NCBI GenBank assembly: GCA_034722055.1
Contig: JAYENL010000243.1
Coordinates: 3,059 to 67,058, forward strand
Length of the DNA stretch: 64,000 nucleotides
DNA from: Armatimonadota bacterium
GTDB taxonomy: Bacteria; Armatimonadota; Zipacnadia; Zipacnadales; UBA5352
Reading direction: 5' to 3'
The translations under genes and the position numbers were made by a program. Under the pieces are notes generated by a model. The model searched no databases. It was not told the origin of the DNA and was given only the letters and a program-made list of their open reading frames with translations. This document shows, piece after piece, positions 56,105 through 64,000 of the stretch (its first letter is position 1; every line of letters begins with the position of its first letter).

Positions 56105-56602
56105 TCATTGCTGCGATTGTCGGCGTCTCTGCTGCAGAGCCTCGGCGACCGGCCGGGGCACGAACTCCCCGACATCGCCGCCGAGCGCCCAGATCTCCCT
56201 GACAAGGCTGGAGCTTATGAATTGCACGTGAGGAGAGGTCACGAGCAGGACGGTGTCCACATCCGGCAGCATGCGACGGTTCATCATCGCCATCTGCTGC
56301 TCGTGCTGGAAGTCATCGATCGACCGCAGGCCCTTGACGATTGCCGCCGCGCCGACGCGGCGGCAGTAGTCCACCAGCAGGCCCTCGAAGGTGTCAACCT
56401 CAACGTTATCAAGGTGCGCCACCGCCACCGCGAGCAGCTCCGCCCGCTCCGCAAGCGAAAAGAGCGCGGCCTTCTCCGGACTCGCCGCCACCAGCGCGAC
56501 CACGCGGTCGAACAGCACCGCCGCACGCTCGAACACGTCCATGTGGCCCAGGGTGACCGGATCGAAGGTGCCCGGGCAGACTGCCGTGCGGCGCTCGCTC
56601 AT
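56105..56602 (-). CDS. coaD: Phosphopantetheine adenylyltransferase
   Basis: AVCPGTFDPVTLGHMDVFERA (the nucleotidyltransferase T/HxGH motif), 165 aa. Confidence 0.85.
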   Translation of the reverse strand: MSERRTAVCPGTFDPVTLGHMDVFERAAVLFDRVVALVAASPEKAALFSLAERAELLAVAVAHLDNVEVDTFEGLLVDYCRRVGAAAIVKGLRSIDDFQHEQQMAMMNRRMLPDVDTVLLVTSPHVQFISSSLVREIWALGGDVGEFVPRPVAEALQQRRRQSQQ

Positions 56603-56606
56603 GGCG

Positions 56607-57164
56607 TCATCGACTCTCGCCGGTGGCCTCGAAGAACGACAGCATGCTCTCGCCGAAGTCCTTCACCCGCGACGGCTCCGGCAGCTCCGGCAGAGCGTGA
56701 TGAGAGCTGTGCTGCAGCACCACCACACCCGTCTCAGTCAGCCCCTCCCGCCCAACGATGAGCCGCCGTCCCAGCGCCGCCAGCTCCTGGAGCATGTACG
56801 GCGGGTCGGCGAAGACAATATCAAACGGCCCCCACCGCCGGGCCGCCTGGTCGTACTGCGACATGACGTCGCCGCGGATCACCGCGGCCACATCCCCGAG
56901 GCCGGTGTGCTCCAGGTTGGCCTCAATGGCCTCCACGGCCCGCCGGCTGCGCTCGATGAACACGACGACGCGCGCGCCGCGGCTCCCAGCCTCGATCCCC
57001 ACACTGCCGCAGCCCGCGTACAGGTCACAAAAGGCCGTGCCCGCCACGCCCGGCCCCAGACTGTTAAACAAAGTCTCCCTAATCATATCAGCAGTGGGGC
57101 GAATCTGCAACCCCTGCGGGCACTGCAGGCGCAGTGAGCCCGCGCTGCCGCCAATTACGCGCAT
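56607..57164 (-). CDS. rsmD: 16S rRNA (guanine966-N2)-methyltransferase RsmD
   Basis: MRVIGGSAGSLRL…RPTADMIRETLFNSL…DLYAGCGSVGIEAGSRGA…FADPPY. SD GGAGGT. Classic rsmD-coaD adjacency. Confidence 0.8.
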   Translation of the reverse strand: MRVIGGSAGSLRLQCPQGLQIRPTADMIRETLFNSLGPGVAGTAFCDLYAGCGSVGIEAGSRGARVVVFIERSRRAVEAIEANLEHTGLGDVAAVIRGDVMSQYDQAARRWGPFDIVFADPPYMLQELAALGRRLIVGREGLTETGVVVLQHSSHHALPELPEPSRVKDFGESMLSFFEATGESR

Positions 57165-57261
57165 GTGACGACCTCCGTGGAGCGACAAGCTACAAGCTGC
57201 AAGCCACAAGCGCCGGCAAACGACCCACAGCGCGACTGGAGCTGATGCTGCGGGAGTGCGG

Positions 57262-59964
57262 TCAGTTGATCAGGCCCGCCGACGGCGCCTTCCCGGCGGC
57301 CGGCACATCTGCCTTCGCCACCTCCCCGCCCGCCGCCTCGTACTCCGCGATCGCCTCAGCGCCCGCGCCCTCTGTCCACCAGTCATCGGGCTTGAACGCG
57401 CCGGGCCAGCCCTCCACGTCCAGTATCACCCTCGCCGCGCGGGGCTGGCCGCCGTCCGCCACCAGCGCGGTGCGCAGGTACTCCGCCGGCCACGCGATGC
57501 GCGTGTCCAGCACCGTCACCTGTCCCTCCGCCTCCCGCACCTGCTCCGCCACCTCCCCGCTCCAGGTCAGCAGGACCGTGGCGCCCGAGCGCACATTCGC
57601 GGGGCCATAGTCGAAGGGCTCCTCGGAGACGTCCACACTCACCTGCGAGGACACCCGCGGGCGCTCGAAAGCGAGAGTCTCGCCAGGCTTGAGGGTCGGT
57701 GGCCGCATGCCGAAAGACGCCAACGGGCGCGGTTTTCCCGAGGCCACCATCACCCCGTCTGCTGCCTCCTCGCAGGTCACGCGCCACATCACCTTCTGCT
57801 CTTCACGCTCAACCTCAAGCGTCAGGTTCGCGTCACCAACCCGCAGGTTGCTCACTCTCATTGTCTGCACACCCTCGGGCAGGTTCGGCCTGAAGAATGC
57901 GAGGTCTTCGTGGGCACGCGGCTCGAAGCCGGTCAGGTACTGCAGCACCGCGGAGCCGTTGATGCCCCCCTCCCACGGCCGGATGCGGTGCAGGCCCCAG
58001 ACGTCGCGGGAGGGCGTGTCATCGGGCCGGTTCATCTCCGCGAAGCCGCCCGAGGGCTCCGCCGCCACCAGCAGACCCTCCAGCGCCTGCTCGGCCTCCG
58101 GGTGATCGATGGCGGCCAGCGCGGAGAGCACGTAGCCCGGCGTCATCCCCACGTAGTAGCCGCAGGCGGGGGTGAGCCTGCACGTCCCGGCGTCGGTCCG
58201 ATACAGGTGGCTGAGCGCGCTGAGCACGTTCTGCACCTGCTGGTCCTGGGGCTGCGCATAGCCGATCCACAGCGGCCGCAGGCAGATGTTGGCGAAGGGG
58301 TAGCGGTACAGCTCTCCGGAGACCGCGGACATCGCCGGCGCGTAGTAGCCGCGGTCGTCCTGCCAGTAGAGGCGCTCTGTGGCCTCGCGCACGAAGTCGC
58401 CCGCCTGGCGGTACTGGGCGATCTCCGCATCGTCGCGGCCAAGCGCCTCGCCCATCTCCGCCATCGCCTCGGCCGCGGCCACGTACTCGAAGGCCGAGTC
58501 CGCCGACCGCAGCGTCAGGTGCACGTAGTCCGGGCAGCTTCCCGGCTCCGCCTGGTGCAGCTCGTAGCCGGGGAAGCGATACGTCTCGTCGCCGTGGAAG
58601 GGCAGCCGCCCCGCCTCATCGACGTGGTGCCCCTCGAGGGCTCGCCGCAGGTAGTCCCAGCGCTCCTCGAGCTGCTCGGTCTCGCCGGTGTGCTGCCAGT
58701 ACCAGTAGTTCTGCAGGATCACGAAGCTGGCGATCTCGGCCTTGGGCGTCGGGACCTCGCTCCAGTCGATTCGCGGCGGACTCTCCACGTCCACGTCGAG
58801 GTTCAGCGGGAGGTTGTTGAAGATGCGCTTCTGCAGCGCACAGCCTCCGAAGTGGTAGCTGAGGTCCCGGTCCACGGACTCGAAGTCGCCGCAGTCGAGC
58901 AGGAGCTTGACCGGCCCGTTGCTGTCGCGGATCCACCGCTGGGTGTACTTGTGCATGGGGGAGTAGCCGCCGGCCTCCGCCTGCTGCACGCGGCAGATGT
59001 ACTTGTGGATGGTCATGAACTGGTCGATCTCCTCGCCGGCGCCCTCGACCTGCAGCGTGCGGTCATGCCAGTGTTGCCACCACCTGTGGCTGTCCTCGAA
59101 CAGCTCCCAGCCGGCGCTCTCGATCTCCTCCAGGATCTGCTGCTCGCCCTCCGCGTCGCTGGCGAAGGTGAGGTAGGCCAGCTTGCCCACGGACTCCTCA
59201 GACCGCACGCGCCCCAGCGGGCAGCCCACGGCCACCGCGCCCTCCAGTTCCGTGCCGAAGCTGCCCAGCGGCATGAGACGTTGCTCGATGCCCTCGGGCA
59301 TCTCCGGGATGACGCTCCGCTGCAGCACGCGGGTGTTCGCGCCCGCAAAGCCGGCCATCGCTCGGGCGCCGCCCCGCGTGAAGACCAGACCGTCCGCCGT
59401 CTCCTCGTCGGTGGGCATCGACGACTGCAGCGCCAGCGTCACGTCCACGGCCTCATCGCCCACGTTCGTGACCATGATCAGCGTGAGCACCGCGTCGGTC
59501 TCGGGGGGCACCGTCTGCAGCAGGTCCACCTGCACCGGCTCGCCCTCCCACCGGGAGCGCACCACCCCGCACGGCGCCACCCAGGCGGTGGACTGGCGGG
59601 CCGGCAGGATGGGCTCACCATCCACCAGCACCGCGGGCATCACCGACCCCATCAGCCCCGCCACCTTCTGGTAGGTGGGACCCAGCATGTCCTGTACGGT
59701 GCCCAGCGGGAGGCTGAGGCCGACGATGCCGAAGACGCGGCCGTTGCCGATGGGGTAGGCGCCCAGGTCGGAGTAGGTGGGCGGCCGGCCCTCCAGGTCC
59801 ACCTGCTGGTCCCAGGCCCGGAAGGTCTCCCCGGTCCAGCTTCCGGACGCGAAGACATCCTGGTGCGAGAAGGTGTGCGCGTCGCGGTTGCGCGGCCCGC
59901 CGCAGCCGGACAGCCCAATGAGTGCGCCCAGGACGGCTATGGCCAGAAGGCGTCTGAGAGTCAT
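57262..59964 (-). CDS. Lipoprotein, putative (alpha/alpha)6-type glycosidase-like enzyme (900 aa)
   Basis: Start at the internal lipoprotein signal MTLRRLLAIAVLGALIGLSGC (lipobox LSGC). The first 547 codons of the track ORF are antisense shadow. The remainder is protein-like; family unassigned. Confidence 0.6.
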   Translation of the reverse strand: MTLRRLLAIAVLGALIGLSGCGGPRNRDAHTFSHQDVFASGSWTGETFRAWDQQVDLEGRPPTYSDLGAYPIGNGRVFGIVGLSLPLGTVQDMLGPTYQKVAGLMGSVMPAVLVDGEPILPARQSTAWVAPCGVVRSRWEGEPVQVDLLQTVPPETDAVLTLIMVTNVGDEAVDVTLALQSSMPTDEETADGLVFTRGGARAMAGFAGANTRVLQRSVIPEMPEGIEQRLMPLGSFGTELEGAVAVGCPLGRVRSEESVGKLAYLTFASDAEGEQQILEEIESAGWELFEDSHRWWQHWHDRTLQVEGAGEEIDQFMTIHKYICRVQQAEAGGYSPMHKYTQRWIRDSNGPVKLLLDCGDFESVDRDLSYHFGGCALQKRIFNNLPLNLDVDVESPPRIDWSEVPTPKAEIASFVILQNYWYWQHTGETEQLEERWDYLRRALEGHHVDEAGRLPFHGDETYRFPGYELHQAEPGSCPDYVHLTLRSADSAFEYVAAAEAMAEMGEALGRDDAEIAQYRQAGDFVREATERLYWQDDRGYYAPAMSAVSGELYRYPFANICLRPLWIGYAQPQDQQVQNVLSALSHLYRTDAGTCRLTPACGYYVGMTPGYVLSALAAIDHPEAEQALEGLLVAAEPSGGFAEMNRPDDTPSRDVWGLHRIRPWEGGINGSAVLQYLTGFEPRAHEDLAFFRPNLPEGVQTMRVSNLRVGDANLTLEVEREEQKVMWRVTCEEAADGVMVASGKPRPLASFGMRPPTLKPGETLAFERPRVSSQVSVDVSEEPFDYGPANVRSGATVLLTWSGEVAEQVREAEGQVTVLDTRIAWPAEYLRTALVADGGQPRAARVILDVEGWPGAFKPDDWWTEGAGAEAIAEYEAAGGEVAKADVPAAGKAPSAGLIN

Positions 59965-60255
59965 GATCACTGGTACCTCGTGCGAGATCGAATGATGCTG
60001 TACCGCCGACGCCGTCGGCGGGCCCCGTCGTACGCACGCGATGACCTCGAAGGAGGCCGCCGCCCGGGCGAGGAAGTGCCTGCAGTGGAGGCGGGTGTGC
60101 GAGTCGAACGCACCCGGGGATCGATGCGCTGATCCCCGCCGCGGATTTGCAGTCCACGGGGGACACCGGTCCCGTCCCCGCCCAGTCAAGAAAACGGTTC
60201 GCGACAAAGCGTTGTTCCCCTGTCTGACTCGGCACAGGATTGAGGAGGCATTCCA

Positions 60256-62199
60256 GTGCGCGATAGCACACCAAGCCCTGAGACGGTCGGCACCATCACG
60301 CTCGATCCCGCAGGGCCCTTTGTGGCCGGCAGCCGGCACACGCTCACCCTCACCTATACCGCGGGCGAGTCCGGCATCGAGGTCGGTGGAGGCCTGCGTG
60401 TATTCCCGCCCCACATGGGGCACACCTACTGGGAGCTGGGGAAGGTCACCGCCGAGTGCTCGCGGGAGGGCGCCTGCATGGAGGTGGAGACCTTCAACGA
60501 CCAGCCCTACACCTTCCACCACTCCAACCCGCCCTACATCCGCGTCACCGTCTGGGGCCAGCCGCTGAGCGAGGGCGATACCATCACGATCACCATCGGC
60601 GAGCATGGCGGCTACTCCTCCGGCTACTTCCGCCTGGCACGGGTCGCGACACACGCCTGGCGCGGCTACCGCTTCACCGCGTCCGTGGATGTGCTGGGCA
60701 ACGGCCGGCGGCCGCGGGAGTTCGACCGCCCCGACGCATTCGTGGAGCTTCCCGACGTCCCCACGCTCGACATCATCGCCGATCAGCCCCATACCGCGCA
60801 CGTCGTGGCCAAGCCACCTGGCGAGGCGGACAGCGACCAGTTCGAGCTGGTCATCTCCATCCGCGATCGCTTCGGCAATCTCGCCGAGTACGAGGGCGCG
60901 CTGCGCGTGGAGTGCGATGACCCGGATGCCTCCCTGCCCGACGCTATCAGCGTGAACGAGGGGGCAGGGCCGTACGGCATCCGCTCGGGGCGACGGTCGG
61001 AGGGAGCCGCACGGGTCACCGGCTGCCATACCTCTGCGCCGAGGGCCCGGGTCACCGTCTATGACCCGCGCCAGGAGCTGATCGGCACCTCCAACCCCAT
61101 CGTCCCCGAGTTCGCCGGCGACGAGCGCGTCTACTTCGGCGATCTGCACGTGATGAGCGGGCAGGGCCGGTCGGGCGGCATGATGCTGGCCGGCACCGAG
61201 TACGCCCACCGCTGGGCCCGCGACGTGCAGGGCCTGGACTTCTCCGTGGTGACCAACGGTGGCGGAGAGAAGACCTGGGAGGAGGACCTGCGGCTGGACG
61301 ACGAGTTCGACGAGCCCGGGCGCTTCGTTACCATTCCGGCCATGGAGCGCGGCTTTCGCCGAGGGCACAAGAACCTGTACTTTCGCTCCAGCGCGGGCGT
61401 GCCGTCCATGCCCCGGCTGGAGATCGAGGGGATGTTCGAGTGGCTGGCGGAGCTGGACGTGCCGGCGCTGGCCATCCCGCACCACACCAACTGCCACTCC
61501 GAGACCAGCCGCTACTACGGCTGGGGCCCTCAGGACTTCACCACCTCCGACCCGCGCTTCGAGCGCCTCATCGAGATCACGCAGGACCGCGGCTCCTTCG
61601 AGCATGACGAGGTCGGCGGTGCGGTCTCGCTGGGCGGTAACGGCTCATCGGTGCAGGATGCGCTCGCGATGGGCCTGCGGATGGGCTTCGTCGGCGGCAC
61701 CGATAATCACCGGGCCCAGCCGGGCAGCAAGCGCTCGAATCTCGGTGGCCTGGTCGCTGAGGAGATCATCAACGGCGGCTACACGGCCGTCTTCGCGCCT
61801 GAGCTGACGCGCGAGGCGGTCTTCGACGCCCTCTGGGACCGCTGCTGCTACGCCACCACTAGCGAGCGCATCCTGCTGCGCGTCGCCCTCGGCGAGCACT
61901 TCATGGGCAGCGATCTCTCCGCGGAGGAGGCCGCGGAGTTCGCCGACGAGCGCAACATCCGCATCGAGGCCGTCGGCCGCCGGCATATCGACCGCATCGA
62001 GATCGTGCGCAACAACGAGACGGTGGAGTCGGTGGAGATCGACGAGGAGGAGGCCACGCTCACCTACACCGATCCGATGCCGCTGGCGGAGGTGCCGGCC
62101 GTCTCCGAGGAGGCGCCGGACGTGGTGTTCTACTACGTGCGGCTGATCGAGGCCGACGGCAACCGCGCCTGGTCCAGCCCCATCTGGCTGGGGAGGTAG
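60256..62199 (+). CDS. DUF3604-like protein (PHP-like metal-dependent hydrolase fold candidate)
   Basis: GTG start after SD GAGGAGG. Motif ERVYFGDLHVMSG resembles the DUF3604 'FGDLHxH' region (second His replaced by Met). Confidence 0.6.
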   Translation: MRDSTPSPETVGTITLDPAGPFVAGSRHTLTLTYTAGESGIEVGGGLRVFPPHMGHTYWELGKVTAECSREGACMEVETFNDQPYTFHHSNPPYIRVTVWGQPLSEGDTITITIGEHGGYSSGYFRLARVATHAWRGYRFTASVDVLGNGRRPREFDRPDAFVELPDVPTLDIIADQPHTAHVVAKPPGEADSDQFELVISIRDRFGNLAEYEGALRVECDDPDASLPDAISVNEGAGPYGIRSGRRSEGAARVTGCHTSAPRARVTVYDPRQELIGTSNPIVPEFAGDERVYFGDLHVMSGQGRSGGMMLAGTEYAHRWARDVQGLDFSVVTNGGGEKTWEEDLRLDDEFDEPGRFVTIPAMERGFRRGHKNLYFRSSAGVPSMPRLEIEGMFEWLAELDVPALAIPHHTNCHSETSRYYGWGPQDFTTSDPRFERLIEITQDRGSFEHDEVGGAVSLGGNGSSVQDALAMGLRMGFVGGTDNHRAQPGSKRSNLGGLVAEEIINGGYTAVFAPELTREAVFDALWDRCCYATTSERILLRVALGEHFMGSDLSAEEAAEFADERNIRIEAVGRRHIDRIEIVRNNETVESVEIDEEEATLTYTDPMPLAEVPAVSEEAPDVVFYYVRLIEADGNRAWSSPIWLGR

Positions 62200-62205
62200 C
62201 TGCGA

Positions 62206-62934
62206 GTGGCAAGCGCCCACCAACGGCAGCAGGTGACGCCGCCATGGGTGGCGCTGGCGGCCGCGCTTCTGCTTCATGGTGCGTCCGTGGCGGATGACGA
62301 GGGTGGCCGGAGGCTGGTGCTGATCGTCGCCGAGGGCCCGTCGGCCGCTCAGCGCGCCTCGGACCTGGACCTGCGCGTGACGGGAAAGCGCGGGTCATGG
62401 GCGGGGGACCCGGAGAAGCTCTTCACCGGGGTGCTCATCGGTCTGACGGCGCACGAGTCCGGGCACCTGCTCGCCAACGCGCTCGTTGGCAGCAGCCCGC
62501 ACGGGGTGGAGGTCGAGTTCGCCGGCATTCCCTTCTTCACCATCGAGCCGGGCCACAAGCTCTCCGACCGCGACCACTACATCACGGCGTCGGCCGGCTT
62601 CCACGCCCAGCACCTGGTCAACGAGTGGCTGCTCACCGAGCATCCGGACCTGCGCAACGAGGACGATGCCATGCTCAAGGGGCTGGCGGCCCTCAACTTC
62701 TGGCTCAGCGTGGGCTACGCCGCCTCCGCCATCACCCAGTACGGCCCGCACGAGCGGGACACCAACGGGATGGCGGACTCGCTGGGCTGGGACGAGCCGG
62801 CCGTGGGGCTGCTGATCCTCGCGCCCACGCTGCTGGACCGGTATCGGTACGATCATCCGGACGAGGAGTGGGCCCGCGACGCCTCTCGCGCCGTGAAGGT
62901 GCTGATCGTGGGCCTGGCGTTGGCGGCGGATTGA
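62206..62934 (+). CDS. Small secreted protein with HExxH motif (putative zinc-metallopeptidase-like)
   Basis: GTG start. Signal peptide …WVALAAALLLHGASVA. LTAHESGHLL contains HExxH. Confidence 0.45.
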   Translation: MASAHQRQQVTPPWVALAAALLLHGASVADDEGGRRLVLIVAEGPSAAQRASDLDLRVTGKRGSWAGDPEKLFTGVLIGLTAHESGHLLANALVGSSPHGVEVEFAGIPFFTIEPGHKLSDRDHYITASAGFHAQHLVNEWLLTEHPDLRNEDDAMLKGLAALNFWLSVGYAASAITQYGPHERDTNGMADSLGWDEPAVGLLILAPTLLDRYRYDHPDEEWARDASRAVKVLIVGLALAAD

Positions 62935-62976
62935 GTGGGAAGCGGACGGGGGCGACGCAGGGCCCGACGGAGGGAT

Positions 62977-64000
62977 CATGATGCTCGGTAAGCTGCTGCA
63001 GGCGGTCAGGCCATCGGCTCGCTCGAGCCGCCATCTCGCGTGCGTGGTTCTGCTTATGGTCGGCATTGCGGTCGCCTGGGGGCAGGTGACGCTGCCCGAC
63101 GGCTGGGAGACCACCGGAGAGCTGGCCGAGCGCGATGGCTGGCTGGTCGCGCAGGAGGCCGCTACGGTCAGCGGGCCCATCGAGGCCGGCACCGAGACAT
63201 CAGTGCTGCTGCGGATGGGTGCGCTGGAGCGGCCCGTCACGTGCACGGTCGGGGGCGATGACGGCGAAGGCCTGGAGCTGCGCATGCAGGCGCTCGATGT
63301 GGAGTACCGGGTAGGCCTGATCGGCAAGGAGACGATCCCGCTCCCGGACTCGTGCGTCGAGCTGCGCGTGCCCCGGCCGGGTGGCGGCTGGCTGTTCAGG
63401 AACCAGTACTTCATCAGGCCGCACCCGCACTGGTACCGGGGCGAGGAGCGCGCGGCGGTACTGGAGCGGTGGGATGAGCTCCCGCCGGCGTCCGCGCATC
63501 CCCTGGAGCTGCGGATGGACGCCGGCGACGGGCGCGTGGGCCTCTGGGTCGATGATCGGTACGTCGCCGGTGCCGCCATCGGGGAGGCCCACCGGCTGCA
63601 GCTCACCCTGTCGCCGGGCAATGCCATCTCCGGCATCCAGGTGGCTCAGGCGCCGGAGGAGGAGCGCTACGTGCGGGTCGGCCTGAGGGGCTACGGACGG
63701 CCGGGGTCCTGGGGGGCGGCCGAGCCGTCTCTGCCCCAGGGCCTGGCGCGCGCGGATGCCGTGCCCTTTGACCTCGGATCGCCGGACGACCGGATCGACG
63801 TGGGCCTGTCGCGGTGGCTGGCCGAGGCCGAGGGCCCCGAGGGCTTCACGGAGAACTACTTCACCCGCAGCGCCTTCGACTCCCGCCCGGAGAGCATTCT
63901 GCTGGCCATCCCCACCGACGACTACTGCCACGCCCATCTGCTGTGCGCGGTGGCCCCCGATCCGGCCAAGACGCCCGTGCTCAGCCTGCGCCTGACGCGC
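62977..64000 (+). CDS. Hypothetical membrane-anchored or secreted protein; 3' end truncated by the window edge
   Basis: ATG at 62977, N-terminal hydrophobic segment HLACVVLLMVGIAVAWG. The frame is open to the end of the window. Confidence 0.55.

Noticed and set aside
57256-60132. 958-aa + strand ORF, and the first 547 codons of the 57262..61605 ORF
   Set aside because: Both are high-GC antisense or out-of-frame shadows. The real gene is the 900-aa lipoprotein starting at the internal signal peptide MTLRRLLAIAVLGALIGLSGC, followed by rsmD.
60085-60135. tRNA-like T-arm (gtgcg-AGTCGAA-cgcac followed by ccgggga)
   Set aside because: No D-arm or anticodon arm lies at the right spacing, and the complementary acceptor half is only about 30 nt upstream. 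It is just GC-rich hairpin-forming spacer.

Overview
This 64 kb window has very high GC (around 70%) and is densely coding on both strands. Its gene content looks PVC-superphylum-like (Planctomycetota, Verrucomicrobiota and relatives), judged by the DUF1080, LamG, DUF4159, heparinase II/III-like and many secreted right-handed beta-helix proteins. Four themes stand out.

- **Carbohydrate-active island (about 1-18.6 kb and 27-44 kb).** It encodes signal-peptide proteins: three paralogous beta-helix (pectin-lyase-fold) proteins, a beta-helix+LamG+DUF1080 fusion, a 1496-aa LamG giant, a GHL10-like TIM barrel, a heparinase II/III-like lyase and a 5-bladed-propeller GH-like protein. They sit alongside a URO-D-family protein, a Gfo/Idh/MocA oxidoreductase, an amidohydrolase and an ABC exporter.
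- **Non-canonical Tol/TonB-like envelope module (18.8-26.6 kb).** A giant TPR protein is followed by ExbB/TolQ, ExbD/TolR and a TolA/TonB-like protein. That protein combines a transmembrane helix, a Pro/Glu-rich spacer, a glycine-rich low-complexity segment of roughly 350 aa and a C-terminal DUF4159 domain. A propeller-only TolB-like protein lies convergent to it.
- **Eleven-gene complex-I-like operon on the minus strand (45.3-53.6 kb).** It has no NuoEFG. Its NuoD homologue keeps both Ni-Fe-ligating Cys pairs (RVCGICSNAH ... DPCFSCTDR). I read it as an Mrp-linked group-4 (Mbh/Ech-type) [NiFe]-hydrogenase rather than NADH dehydrogenase. It sits next to ackA-coaD-rsmD.
- **A roughly 140-nt intergenic repeat family.** I found three full copies and one partial copy, all just downstream of stop codons or as an inverted pair. 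A stop codon in the shared frame of one copy argues against coding, and a wobble substitution in a conserved GC hairpin is compatible with RNA pairing.

Also noted: a secreted-protein gene split by a single in-frame TAG (candidate pseudogene or sequencing error), and pervasive long antisense 'shadow' ORFs typical of high-GC DNA, which I did not call as genes. I found no tRNA, rRNA or CRISPR. All domain assignments are from reading the translations by eye against remembered family motifs; nothing was searched.
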